DNA from: a bacterium
GTDB taxonomy: Bacteria > Bacteroidota > Ignavibacteria > UBA10030
DNA length: 64,000 nucleotides
Reading direction: 5' to 3'
Assembly: GCA_043803945.1 (NCBI GenBank)
Contig: JAZDJN010000065.1
Coordinates: forward strand, 32,729-96,728
This document shows, one piece after another, positions 38,840 to 48,999 of the stretch. The stretch's first letter is position 1, and each line of letters starts with the position of its first letter. Below the pieces are notes generated by a model that saw nothing but the letters and a program-made list of their open reading frames with translations, made no database searches and was not told where the DNA came from. The position numbers and the translations under genes were made by a program.

Positions 38840-41800
38840 TTAAACGGTTGAAGCTTTTTGGATGCCAATGGTAGTTTTTTCACCGTTCAGATCTTCTTCA
38901 ACAAGGCTGAATCCCGGCGAAGGATTGGTCGTAACTTCTACAGCAAGTGTTTCCTCACGCACATACGCGTCCATGCGTTCAAGGGCTTTCAACAAACGAC
39001 CGGAAGAGGTATGAACAATGATGATTCGATCGGTCACCTCGAACCCTGCATCTTTCCGCATATTCTGGATGCGATTCACAAACTCCCGCGCCAGTCCTTC
39101 ATCCAGTAATTCCTGTGAGATCTCAGTGTCGAGTGCCACCGTCAATGAACCATCGCTCTCGACTAACCACCCTTTCATGTCCTCATGGAGAATTTCAAGG
39201 TCTTCTTTCTGAATCGTATAATCAACGCCATTGATCGTCAGAGCGAGCGAGCCCTGTTTTTCAAGGGCAGTAATTTCCGCGGAGGTAAAATCTCGTATGC
39301 GAGCCGCTACCGGTTGTACCGCTTTACCGTAGCGCTGCCCCAATGTCCGGAAATTCGGCTTTGCCTTCTTCTTCACGATACCAGATTCATCGGTAACATA
39401 CTCAATCTGCTTGACGTTGATTTCTTCAAGGATTACTTCTTCCATTTTCTCGATTTCTTCGCGATCCGACTCACCGGCCACCGGAAGAATGATCCTCTTG
39501 AGGGGCTGTCGCACTTTCAGATTCGATTTCATGCGCATGGCGCGGACGATGCTCACAATCTTGATGGCTCGTTCCATCCGATGCTCAAGCTCAGTATCTA
39601 TGACCGACTCATTGACTTCAGGGAAGTGTGAAAGATGGACTGAAATCCAAGGTTCCCGTTTTGTCAATCCGTTGAGATTTTGGTAAAGCTCATCGGCAAG
39701 AAATGGTGCAAATGGTGCCATCAATTTCGTGATTGTCAGCAGACATTCGTACAGAGTCTGATACGCCGCTGTCTTATCCTTCCCCAATTCGCTCTTCCAG
39801 AACCGGCGACGGTTCCGCCGTACATACCAGTTGGAAAGCTGGTCGATGGTGAAATCGCTCACCGCACGCGCAGCACGGGTAACATCGTACTCATCGAGCC
39901 AGCGCTCATAATTCCTGAGAAGGGAATTGAGTTCGGAAAGAATCCAGCGATCGATCTCGGGACGCTCGGCAATCGGAATTGGCGCATCCTGGTACTCAAA
40001 TCCATCGATGTTCGCGTACAGAGCAAAGAAGGCATAGGTATTCACCAGCGTACTGAAGAACTTACGCTGAACTTCGCCGATTCCCTCTTCGTCGAACAAT
40101 GTCGGGCGCCAGACCGGACTGCTGGTAACGAGGTACCAGCGTGTGGTATCTGCACCATACTTCCGGATCAACTCAAAGGGATTGACGATATTCCCTTTCG
40201 TCTTCGACATCTTTTGTCCCGCCTTATCGAGAATAAGTTCGTTCACAAGAACATTCTTGAACGCGGGTTTGTCGAACAAAAACGTACCAATCGAATGCAA
40301 CGTATAGAACCAGCCGCGAGTCTGATCAATACCCTCAGAGATGAAGTCACCCGGATATCCTTTCTCGAAAATCTCCTTATTCTCAAAGGGATAGTGCCAC
40401 TGGGCAAAGGGCATCGCTCCAGAATCGAACCAGACATCGATAAGTTCCGGTGTCCGCTTCATCGTACCACCACATTCGCAGTCAAATGTCACACCATCGA
40501 CATATGGCTTGTGCAAGTCGATCGGCTCGGTGACATTTTTTCCTTTTTTCAACTCTTCAACACTGCCAACGCACTTCTGTTTACCACACGATTCACAGAG
40601 CCAGATCGGAAGTGGTGTTCCCCAAAAGCGATCGCGTGAGAGCGCCCAATCCTTGTTTTCTTCGAGCCAGTTGCCAAACCGCCCCGAACCGACCTCCGCC
40701 GGAATCCAATTGATAGTCTTGTTCAGTTCGATCATCCGCTGAGCATAGGAAGTGGTACGGATATACCAGGATTCTCTTGCATAATAGAGCAAGGGTGACG
40801 AACATCGCCAGCAGTGTGGATAGCTGTGCAGGTACGTCTCTTTCTTGTAGAGAATGTTCCTATGTTTCAGATTGATGACGATATCGATGTCCGCGTCCTT
40901 CACAAACTTGTTGGCGAAGTCTGTAACCTCAGCGCCGAACTCTCCCGATTTATTGACAGGATGGATTGTCGGAAGATTGTATTTGCGTCCTGCTTGATGA
41001 TCATCTTCACCGTACGCCGGCGCAATGTGAACAATTCCTGAGCCATCCTCCGTCGTCACAAAGTTAGCCTCAATAACGTACCATCCCTTTTCCGCTGCCT
41101 GGTGATACGTGAAGAGCCGCTCATATTCCTTGCCAGCGAGCGCGGCACCTTTAAACCGTTCCAGCACAACAACCTCATCCCCCAGAACTGAGAGCCGGGC
41201 CTCAGCGAGGATGAAGTTTTCTCCATGATGTTCCACTTTTACATAATCGACTTTTGGATGAACGGCGAGTGCGACGTTTGAAATAAGTGTCCAGGGCGTG
41301 GTCGTCCAAACAAGGAAGTATGTGTTCTCTTCTCCCTTTACTTTGCACTTGATGTAGACCGATGGATCCTTCACATCTTTATACCCAAGGGAGACTTCAT
41401 GGGAAGATAAAGGCGTTTCGCATCTGGGACAGTATGGTTGAATTTTGTGGCCTTTGTAGATCACTCCCCGATCGAAATACTGTTTCAGTGCCCACCAGAT
41501 CGATTCGATGTAATTGTTCTCAAACGTGATGTAGGGATGATCGAGATCGACCCAATACCCCATGAGTTTGGTCATCTCTTCCCATTCGGTTTTGTACTTC
41601 CAAACCGATCTCTTGCATTCCTCATTGAACGCTGCGATACCATACTCGATAATTTGATCTTTGTGTTTGAATCCAAGCGACTTTTCAACTTCGATCTCCA
41701 CCGGAAGTCCATGCGTATCCCACCCTGCTTTCCGGTGCACCTGATAACCCTGCATCGTCTTATAGCGGCAGACAAGATCCTTTAAGGTCCTGGCCATCAT

Positions 41801-41977
41801 GTGGTGTATGCCAGGACGCCCATTTGCCGTGGGCGGCCCTTCATAGAAGGTGTATTCCGGTTTCCCCTCGCGGGTCGAGATGCTCTTCTTGAAGAGATCA
41901 TTCTCTTCCCAAAATGTCAGGACACCGTTTTCAAGCTTATGGTAATCGACTTTATCTGTGAGTTGCTTGAATGGCAT
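38840..41977 (-). CDS. ileS: Isoleucine--tRNA ligase, type 2
   Basis: EGPPTANGRPGIHH, GWDTHGLP, WTTTPWTL, DWALSR.R.WG, EGIDQTRGWFY, KMSKT; type-2 C-terminus (EGLAREFVNRIQN.RK). Start at MPFKQL. Confidence 0.97.
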   Translation of the reverse strand: MPFKQLTDKVDYHKLENGVLTFWEENDLFKKSISTREGKPEYTFYEGPPTANGRPGIHHMMARTLKDLVCRYKTMQGYQVHRKAGWDTHGLPVEIEVEKSLGFKHKDQIIEYGIAAFNEECKRSVWKYKTEWEEMTKLMGYWVDLDHPYITFENNYIESIWWALKQYFDRGVIYKGHKIQPYCPRCETPLSSHEVSLGYKDVKDPSVYIKCKVKGEENTYFLVWTTTPWTLISNVALAVHPKVDYVKVEHHGENFILAEARLSVLGDEVVVLERFKGAALAGKEYERLFTYHQAAEKGWYVIEANFVTTEDGSGIVHIAPAYGEDDHQAGRKYNLPTIHPVNKSGEFGAEVTDFANKFVKDADIDIVINLKHRNILYKKETYLHSYPHCWRCSSPLLYYARESWYIRTTSYAQRMIELNKTINWIPAEVGSGRFGNWLEENKDWALSRDRFWGTPLPIWLCESCGKQKCVGSVEELKKGKNVTEPIDLHKPYVDGVTFDCECGGTMKRTPELIDVWFDSGAMPFAQWHYPFENKEIFEKGYPGDFISEGIDQTRGWFYTLHSIGTFLFDKPAFKNVLVNELILDKAGQKMSKTKGNIVNPFELIRKYGADTTRWYLVTSSPVWRPTLFDEEGIGEVQRKFFSTLVNTYAFFALYANIDGFEYQDAPIPIAERPEIDRWILSELNSLLRNYERWLDEYDVTRAARAVSDFTIDQLSNWYVRRNRRRFWKSELGKDKTAAYQTLYECLLTITKLMAPFAPFLADELYQNLNGLTKREPWISVHLSHFPEVNESVIDTELEHRMERAIKIVSIVRAMRMKSNLKVRQPLKRIILPVAGESDREEIEKMEEVILEEINVKQIEYVTDESGIVKKKAKPNFRTLGQRYGKAVQPVAARIRDFTSAEITALEKQGSLALTINGVDYTIQKEDLEILHEDMKGWLVESDGSLTVALDTEISQELLDEGLAREFVNRIQNMRKDAGFEVTDRIIIVHTSSGRLLKALERMDAYVREETLAVEVTTNPSPGFSLVEEDLNGEKTTIGIQKASTV

Positions 41978-42030
41978 TGGATCAATCGTACTTTCGTTTT
42001 CGTTGTGAGGAAGAACCTGCTTCCCTGAGT

Positions 42031-42858
42031 TTATACGCTGACACGCTGAACAAGTTCTTTCATGACTGCCGTCATCTTTGGCTCCGCAGTATTTGCCACG
42101 GCAATCACTTCCTCTAGTGTAATCGGTTTTAATGCATCGGGGAAACATTCATCCGACAGAATTGAAACGCCAAACACTTTCATTCCCATATGTACGGCAA
42201 CAATGACTTCGGGAACAGTTGACATTCCCACAGCATCCGCTCCAATATAGCGAAGGAAACGGTACTCAGCCCGGGTCTCGAGATTCGGACCGGGCATTGC
42301 GACATAGACACCTTTCCGAATTTTGATCTTCAAATCAAGAGCAGCTTCTTCGGCAATTTCAATCAGCTCTTTTGTGTAAGGTTCAGACATATCCGGAAAC
42401 CGGGGGCCAAGAGAATCATCATTCGGCCCGATCAGTGGATTGTCGCCGAGCAGATTGATATGATCCACCATGATCATGACATCGCCTTTTCGGAACAGGG
42501 GATTGAGTGCCCCCGCGGCATTCGAAATCAGCAACAGTGAGACGCCGAGAAACTTCATCACCCGCACGGGAAAGGTAATCTGTTTCATCGAGTACCCTTC
42601 GTAGTAATGAAAACGCCCCTGCATTGCCACGATCGGTTTCCCTGCGAGCGTGCCAAAGATTAATTTCCCATGGTGTGATTCGACGGTCGATAGTGGAAAA
42701 TGCGGAATGTCTTTATACTCAATTTCCACTGCCTTGTGAATCTCCGTTACCAATCCGCCTAATCCTGTGCCGAGGATAATTCCAATGGCAGGTTGGGCCT
42801 TTGTTTTGGTTCGGAGAAAGCCGATTGCATCATCTATCTGGTTTCGCAGGTCGGACAT
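42031..42858 (-). CDS. punA: Purine-nucleoside phosphorylase (trimeric type)
   Basis: IILGTGLG, GRFHYYEGY, SNAAG, GPNLETRAE, VGMSTVPE. Confidence 0.93.
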   Translation of the reverse strand: MSDLRNQIDDAIGFLRTKTKAQPAIGIILGTGLGGLVTEIHKAVEIEYKDIPHFPLSTVESHHGKLIFGTLAGKPIVAMQGRFHYYEGYSMKQITFPVRVMKFLGVSLLLISNAAGALNPLFRKGDVMIMVDHINLLGDNPLIGPNDDSLGPRFPDMSEPYTKELIEIAEEAALDLKIKIRKGVYVAMPGPNLETRAEYRFLRYIGADAVGMSTVPEVIVAVHMGMKVFGVSILSDECFPDALKPITLEEVIAVANTAEPKMTAVMKELVQRVSV

Positions 42859-42879
42859 AGGTAGTAACGCTCTGAATGT

Positions 42880-43410
42880 CTATAATTTTTTTAAGATCTC
42901 ATCAATTTGAATCTGTTCCTTCCCTGTACCTTTGGAACGATCCCGCCTCATGGTGTCATCTTCATCGATCTCCAATGCCCTGATGAGATCGATTTCAGAG
43001 GAGAGGAGAACTTTTAACCGGCTTAAGATACTCTCTTTTCTTGCCTTGAGGTTGGAGATCTCCTCCTTCATCCGGGCAAAGTCCATTCTTGCCTTGTCGA
43101 CAATCTGCGAAGCCTTCAACTCGGCTTCCTGCACAATGAGATTGGCTTCTTTCCGGGAATTCTCAATTTCCTTGCCGCTCGTTTCCTGGGCCTGGAGGAG
43201 AGTTTGTTGCAACGTCTTCTCCATGTTTTTATAATCCTTGAGCTGTGTTTCGAGCTCAATGATCCGATCTCTCAACTCCTTATTCTTTGTGAGAGATCCC
43301 TCCAGTTCATTTGAGAGCATGTCGAGAAAGGTGTCGACCTCGACCGGATCGAACCCCCGCATCACTTTCTTAAATTGCTGACGCTTGATCTCCAAAGGTG
43401 TTATTTTCAT
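42880..43410 (-). CDS. divIVA: DivIVA domain protein
   Basis: MKITPLEI..Q.FKK.MRGFD..EVD.FL plus coiled coil. Confidence 0.9.
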   Translation of the reverse strand: MKITPLEIKRQQFKKVMRGFDPVEVDTFLDMLSNELEGSLTKNKELRDRIIELETQLKDYKNMEKTLQQTLLQAQETSGKEIENSRKEANLIVQEAELKASQIVDKARMDFARMKEEISNLKARKESILSRLKVLLSSEIDLIRALEIDEDDTMRRDRSKGTGKEQIQIDEILKKL

Positions 43411-43479
43411 TCTCTCTAACCTTTCTATTGTGAGAGATCGTATCCCCTTCCCTTCTTCCGGATGACAGCCTTCGATGGT

Positions 43480-44163
43480 CTATCGCTCACCAAAAATTGC
43501 TGTGCCAATCCGAACGATGGTTGCTCCTTCCTCAATAGCGACGCTAAAATCGTGTGTCATGCCCATGGATAGGTGGTCCATTGAACAATTCTCAATCCCT
43601 TCAGCAGCAATCTTCTTTCTCAAAACAGCGAGTTGCTGAAAGGAAGGGCGAGAATCTTCGGGATCATCTGAGAATGGCCCCATCGTCATCAGTCCCTTTA
43701 CATGAATACCCGGCAACTGTGATAATCCCTTTGCCAGTTCAACAACCTGATCGGGTTTCACTCCCGATTTGGTTGTTTCACCCGTCGTATGGACTTCTAT
43801 GAGAACGCTGAGAATCCGATGAATCCGTTCAGCCCGTTTACTGAGTTCCTCACCCAACCGCAGACTGTCTACCGAATGCACGAGAGTAATGAAGTCGGCA
43901 ATATATTTTGCTTTATTCGATTGCAGGTGCCCAATAAAGTGCCAATGGATTTTCTCATCAGCAAGTTCGTCTCGCTTCGAGACCAGATCCTGCACATAGT
44001 TCTCTCCGAGGTCGATCAATCCTGCCTGAGCTGCCTCCCGTATTGCTTCGATCCCAACTGTTTTTGACACTCCAAGAAGCGTAATCTCGCCGGGCTGCCT
44101 GCCGCAACGCAGACAGACCTCTGAGATGGCCTTCCTGACCAATTCTATATTATCAGTAACCAT
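43480..44163 (-). CDS. yggS: PLP homeostasis protein YggS
   Basis: GVSKT, GENYVQ, WHFIGHLQSNK, GLMTM, LSMGMT.D, VRIGTAIFG. Confidence 0.95.
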   Translation of the reverse strand: MVTDNIELVRKAISEVCLRCGRQPGEITLLGVSKTVGIEAIREAAQAGLIDLGENYVQDLVSKRDELADEKIHWHFIGHLQSNKAKYIADFITLVHSVDSLRLGEELSKRAERIHRILSVLIEVHTTGETTKSGVKPDQVVELAKGLSQLPGIHVKGLMTMGPFSDDPEDSRPSFQQLAVLRKKIAAEGIENCSMDHLSMGMTHDFSVAIEEGATIVRIGTAIFGER

Positions 44164-44345
44164 TCTACTACTTTTGAGGGACTGAATATACCCCAAGATT
44201 CAACGAAAATCAATTAGAAAAACGGGTTTTTCCGAGGAACTTTGCTTAGAGCAGCGGAAAACTCTTCAAGATCGTCGCTTGACTGCCAGTTCAATTTTTA
44301 GTTTATTGATGTAAGATTTCTCCAATAGAAGGTAATCAATTTCCA

Positions 44346-45761
44346 ATGTCAGTGTACGATCATTTTGACGATCAGGATCATCCTCCCCGCCCGAATAAAC
44401 GGTCCGAAGATGATTTAAAGCGCTTTCGCGAACAATTGAAGAACGGCGAGAAAGATATCAACAACGTCGAAGCGCTGGAGGAGATCATCCAGTTTTACTT
44501 CGAACATGAGCAATTCGAAGAAGCACTCCAATTTGCCAACCGGCTGCTCTCTTTTGAGCCTTTTAGCGGCGATGCCTGGCAACGCAAAGGAATGATTTTG
44601 AATAACCTCTCCCGCTATGAGGATGCCCTCTTTTGCTTCGACAAAGCCCTTAGCTTGAATCCAACGGATCCTGAGATCTTTGTCAATAAAGGTATTACAC
44701 TCGATAATCTGAATCGGGTTGGAGAGGCGATGCTGTGTTTTGATGAGGCACTTGAACTCGAACCCCTCTATGAGGAGGCACAATTCCATAAAGCCGTAAC
44801 GCTCGAAAAGCAAGAACAATACAAGGATGCTGTCACTGCATTTCACTCAATTTTGGAGGCAAATCCCGAACACGCTGATGCCTGGTACGAACTGGGATAT
44901 TGTTACGATTTCCTCGATCAACTTGAAGAGTCTATTCATGCCTATGATGAACACCTGAATCTTGATCCCTATAATTATAATGCCTGGTATAATAAGGGCA
45001 CCGTACTTAACCGGCTTGCGCAGTTTTCTAAGGCAATTGATACCTATGACATGGCATTGGCGATTAAAGAAGATTTTGCCTCTGCCTGGTATAATAAAGG
45101 AAATGCCTATGCTAACATAGGGAGATTGTACGATGCCATAGAATGTTTCAAAACAACACTGCATCTCGAACCAGAGGATATCGCTTCCTGGCATAACCTG
45201 GGGAATGCCTATGAAGAATTGGCGTTATACGAAGAGGCGGTGATCGCCTATTCCAATGCGTTAAAGTGCGATGATCAGCATTATGAATCCTACTTTGGAC
45301 GGGGATGTTGCTTTGAAGTCCTCAAACAGCCCGAGCGTGCACTTCTCGATTATAACCATGCCCTCTCCCTCTTCAGTAACTATCCCGAACTCTGGTACGC
45401 CAAGGCCGATTTAGAATACAATCTCGGGAATTTCTCTGACAGCCTAGAGAGTTACCGCATGCTGCTCAAGTTGACTCCCACGCGCTCCGACGCCTGGTTC
45501 GACTATGGCGATACCCTCTTTGAAATCGGGATGATCAGCGAGGCAACAGAAGCAATCGATCAGTGCCTGAAATTAGCTCCGGAATTTGCACCGGCCCATT
45601 ATACCCGGGCCAAGATCTGCATTTTGAACAACCAACATAAACAGGCAATCGAAGCGCTTCACCTGGCATTTAAGAACGAGCCTGAACTTATCGATCATTT
45701 CAAAACCGAATTCCCCCGCTTGAAAGCTCATCCCGACTTCTCCGAGCTCCTCAAACAGTGA
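44346..45761 (+). CDS. Tetratricopeptide repeat protein
   Basis: Many AWYNKG/AW..LG 34-aa repeats. Confidence 0.9.
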   Translation: MSVYDHFDDQDHPPRPNKRSEDDLKRFREQLKNGEKDINNVEALEEIIQFYFEHEQFEEALQFANRLLSFEPFSGDAWQRKGMILNNLSRYEDALFCFDKALSLNPTDPEIFVNKGITLDNLNRVGEAMLCFDEALELEPLYEEAQFHKAVTLEKQEQYKDAVTAFHSILEANPEHADAWYELGYCYDFLDQLEESIHAYDEHLNLDPYNYNAWYNKGTVLNRLAQFSKAIDTYDMALAIKEDFASAWYNKGNAYANIGRLYDAIECFKTTLHLEPEDIASWHNLGNAYEELALYEEAVIAYSNALKCDDQHYESYFGRGCCFEVLKQPERALLDYNHALSLFSNYPELWYAKADLEYNLGNFSDSLESYRMLLKLTPTRSDAWFDYGDTLFEIGMISEATEAIDQCLKLAPEFAPAHYTRAKICILNNQHKQAIEALHLAFKNEPELIDHFKTEFPRLKAHPDFSELLKQ

Positions 45762-45795
45762 CATCCATTCACCGGCAACCGGAACAGATTCAACG

Positions 45796-46668
45796 ATGAA
45801 GAAATTCGGCGTCATAGGCCATCCTATCAGTCACTCGCTCTCTCCATTGCTCCATGGAACGGCTTATTCACTGCTTCGTATGGATTGTTCCTATCAAGCC
45901 TACGATGTTCCACTGGAAAATCTCGAGACCTCACTGAATCAATTCCGTCAGGAAGGATTTACGGGACTCAATGTAACACTTCCGCTTAAGCAGGCAGTCA
46001 TTCCCAGATTAGATAGAATTGATCACGAAGCAGAATCGATCGGTGCTGTCAATACACTTCACTTTGACGGTTCGATACTCACGGGCTATAACACAGATGT
46101 CATCGGTGTTAGACGGACTCTTCAACCTTTCGAGCTGGAAATCGCTGGAAGGAATGTCGTGATTCTCGGTGCCGGCGGCTCTGCGCGCTCGATGATCTTT
46201 GCTCTGAAAAACATTCCCATCTCCCGGTTAACAATCATCAGCCGAACCGCCAGTAAACTAGAGGAACTGTATTTCCACGCGAAACAACTTTGCCCTGACG
46301 TCGAAATCTGTTCATCGACCTTTAATTCAGAATCTTTGAGTTCAACGATCGAGGAAGCCGGACTAGTTATGAACGCTACTCCCGTTGGAATGTTCCCTAA
46401 CATCACAGGTTCACCGATCACAAATCCATCAGTGTTCCATGCAGAACAGATCATAGTCGATATGATCTATATTCCTTTGGAGACAGCATTGCTTCGTCTG
46501 GCGAAGTCGAAAGGAGCGCGAACTCTTAGCGGATTGGAAGTGTTCTTACATCAGGGGGCATCGGCGTTCGAACTGTGGAATGGAATCAGCATGCCGGTGG
46601 AGGAAATTCGGCCAGTGATTTTGAATGCATTAGCCAAACAGATGAAGGAAGCAGAAAAAAGAATATGA
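45796..46668 (+). CDS. aroE: Shikimate dehydrogenase
   Basis: GHPISHSLSP, GLNVTLPLK, GAVNT, GYNTD, GAGGSAR, NATPVGM. Confidence 0.95.
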   Translation: MKKFGVIGHPISHSLSPLLHGTAYSLLRMDCSYQAYDVPLENLETSLNQFRQEGFTGLNVTLPLKQAVIPRLDRIDHEAESIGAVNTLHFDGSILTGYNTDVIGVRRTLQPFELEIAGRNVVILGAGGSARSMIFALKNIPISRLTIISRTASKLEELYFHAKQLCPDVEICSSTFNSESLSSTIEEAGLVMNATPVGMFPNITGSPITNPSVFHAEQIIVDMIYIPLETALLRLAKSKGARTLSGLEVFLHQGASAFELWNGISMPVEEIRPVILNALAKQMKEAEKRI

Positions 46669-47552
46669 TCCAGGAACTTGAGACAAAGTACAATAGTTTG
46701 AAAGCGATCCTTTCCGGGATGGGAAGCGTCGTGGTGGGATTTTCCGGTGGAATCGACAGCACCCTGCTCATTCGGATTGCCACAGAAACACTTGGAGATC
46801 GAGCACTGGCAGTTATCGGTCGGTCGGAAACTTACCCGACACGCGAATTCGAAGAGGCGGTTCCCCTGGCAAAAAGTTTCGGTTCCCGGTTCCAGATTGT
46901 CAATACCGAAGAGATTGACGATTTGAAGTTTAAGGAGAATCCTCCGGACCGCTGCTATTTTTGCAAGACAGAATTGTTTGGCAAGTTAACCAGCATCGCA
47001 ACAACAGAAAAAATTCCCTGGATCGCCGATGGAACCATCATGGATGATCTCGAAGACTTTCGGCCGGGGATGCGGGCTAAAGCAGAACAAGGAATTCGTT
47101 CACCTCTCCTCGAAGCTGGATTCTCCAAGAACGATGTTCGAGCACTCGCCCGGGAATTAGGAATTCCCAACTGGGACAAGCAGTCATTTGCCTGCCTGGC
47201 TTCCCGCTTTCCCTATGGCCATGGAATTACGAAAGAGAATCTGAATAAGATCGATGGTGCAGAAACATTTTTGCGCGACAACGGCTTCCGATCGTTCCGG
47301 GTCCGGCACCACGATGACCGGACAGCAAGAATCGAACTTGGAAAAGAAGATTTCAACCGAATATTCGACGAAGCATTCCGCACACAGCTCTTGAATCACT
47401 TCAAACAACTCGGTTTTATCTACGTGACGCTGGATCTTCAAGGGTACAGAACCGGCAGTATGAACGAAGTCCTGAGTGATGAAATAAAATCAATTGAGAA
47501 CCCTTCGAACGATGCGCCTCGTGAAGCAGCGCAAAGAGAGAAAGATCTGTAA
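46665..47552 (+). CDS. larE: ATP-dependent sulfur transferase LarE family
   Basis: PP-loop FSGGIDS, RCYFCK, D.EDFRPG, ACLASRFPYG, RVRHH, GYRTGSMN. Confidence 0.9.
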   Translation: MIQELETKYNSLKAILSGMGSVVVGFSGGIDSTLLIRIATETLGDRALAVIGRSETYPTREFEEAVPLAKSFGSRFQIVNTEEIDDLKFKENPPDRCYFCKTELFGKLTSIATTEKIPWIADGTIMDDLEDFRPGMRAKAEQGIRSPLLEAGFSKNDVRALARELGIPNWDKQSFACLASRFPYGHGITKENLNKIDGAETFLRDNGFRSFRVRHHDDRTARIELGKEDFNRIFDEAFRTQLLNHFKQLGFIYVTLDLQGYRTGSMNEVLSDEIKSIENPSNDAPREAAQREKDL

Positions 47553-47589
47553 AATCTTAAAGGATCAGAAGGGGATTCATCATCTCGCA

Positions 47590-48040
47590 GATCAGAAACG
47601 GATCCTGGGAATTTTTGCCATCTCCGACCAGATTCGGGCTGAGAGTCCGGCATTGGTCCAATCTCTCCGTGATTCTGGTATCGAACATATCGAATTACTC
47701 GCAGGCGATAATCGAAGTACAGCCCACTCGTTGCTGATCGACTCAAGATCGTCTCCTCTCAGGATTCGATGCTCCCTGTGATAAATCGCAGGCCATCAAA
47801 TCACTCAAAAAGAATTTTGGAGCAGTTGCGATGGTGGGTGATGGAATCAATGATGCTCCTGCATTGGCAGCAGCAGATGTGGGGTTTGCCCTGGGAGGCA
47901 TCGGTTCAGATACGGCCCTGGAGTTTACCGATATTATCCTGCTTTCCGACGATATCACAAAAATCCCCTATAGCATTGCCCTGGGAAGGAAAACACTTCA
48001 GATCATCAAACAAAACCTCTGGATAGCAGTTTATTGGACC
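47590..48040 (+). pseudogene. Heavy-metal P1B-type ATPase, degraded C-terminal fragment
   Basis: ILGIFAISDQIR..LRDSGIEHI.LLAGDN in one frame, [23 protein letters not shown]....DI.L..DD in another; no N-terminal half. Confidence 0.8.
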
Positions 48041-48129
48041 AATTTTATATTTACGTTGACTTTCAGCCACAATTTTGATATTTTGCAACCCGTAAAAAAA
48101 CAATAGTGACAAAAGATTCGAGGAAAAAG

Positions 48130-48435
48130 ATGTTTGCAGTTGTCGAAATCGCTGGTCAACAATATAAAGTATCCACTTCGGATAAGATCTTTGTTCCAAA
48201 GCTCGAATCAGAGGCTGGTTCGAAACTTTCCTTCGATAAGGTTCTCCTCGTAGGAGACGAGAAGGAAACGAAAATAGGCACCCCTTATATCGCTGGCGCC
48301 TCTATCGAAGCGACCGTACTGGGTCATATGAAGGACGATAAGGTCATTGTGTTCAAGAAAAAGAAACGCAAGGGCTACAAGGTCCTGAAGGGACATCGGC
48401 AGCAATTCACCGAAATTGAGATTACAAAGCTTTAA
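48130..48435 (+). CDS. rplU: 50S ribosomal protein L21
   Basis: MFAVVEIAGQQYKV, KVIVFKKKKRKGY...GHRQ.FT. Confidence 0.97.
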   Translation: MFAVVEIAGQQYKVSTSDKIFVPKLESEAGSKLSFDKVLLVGDEKETKIGTPYIAGASIEATVLGHMKDDKVIVFKKKKRKGYKVLKGHRQQFTEIEITKL

Positions 48436-48460
48436 TTGATTTATTGAGGAGAAGAGAAGT

Positions 48461-48715
48461 ATGGCTCATAAAAAAGGCGGCGGAAGTACGAGAAACGGCC
48501 GTGATAGCAACGCACAACGACTTGGTGTAAAACGATTTGGCGGCGAGTCAGTTCTTGCCGGTAACATTCTTGTTCGTCAACGCGGCACAAAATTCCATCC
48601 CGGAACAAACGTCGGCATTGGCAGTGATGATACGCTGTTTGCACTCATCACCGGTGTGGTCAAATTCGAACGTTTAGGAAAAATACGACAAAAAGTTAGC
48701 GTTTATACTGCCTGA
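48461..48715 (+). CDS. rpmA: 50S ribosomal protein L27
   Basis: [42 protein letters not shown]. Confidence 0.98.
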   Translation: MAHKKGGGSTRNGRDSNAQRLGVKRFGGESVLAGNILVRQRGTKFHPGTNVGIGSDDTLFALITGVVKFERLGKIRQKVSVYTA

Positions 48716-48726
48716 TTGATCGTTTT

Positions 48727-48762
48727 CAACAAAGCCTCCCTATTCATGGAGGCTTTATTGTT
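48727..48762 (+). terminator. Rho-independent terminator after rpmA
   Basis: AAAGCCTCC/GGAGGCTTT stem followed by ATTGTT. Confidence 0.7.
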
Positions 48763-48999
48763 CCTAGTACACAGTACAATTTTTGAGAATAATAACTCTG
48801 AACCTCATTCAACTTTCGTTCAAAACAACTTTTCTCAAAGTCTTCAGTGTTCAGTGGGGAAAGCTTGCCGCGGCTGCCTCGCAGAACGAGTCTCTCTGCA
48901 GCACTCCCCGTACATTGTCCCCGAAAATCGAATTCTCAGAAATTAATTACTCATCACTCTCTATCATCCAATCAACCTATCACCAATAAGGAGGTGCCC

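Noticed and set aside
39680-40639. 319-aa ORF on + (and similar long antisense ORFs such as 5660-6439 and 56996-57604)
   Set aside because: Antisense shadows of ileS, gcvT and the surface protein, with no motifs of their own.
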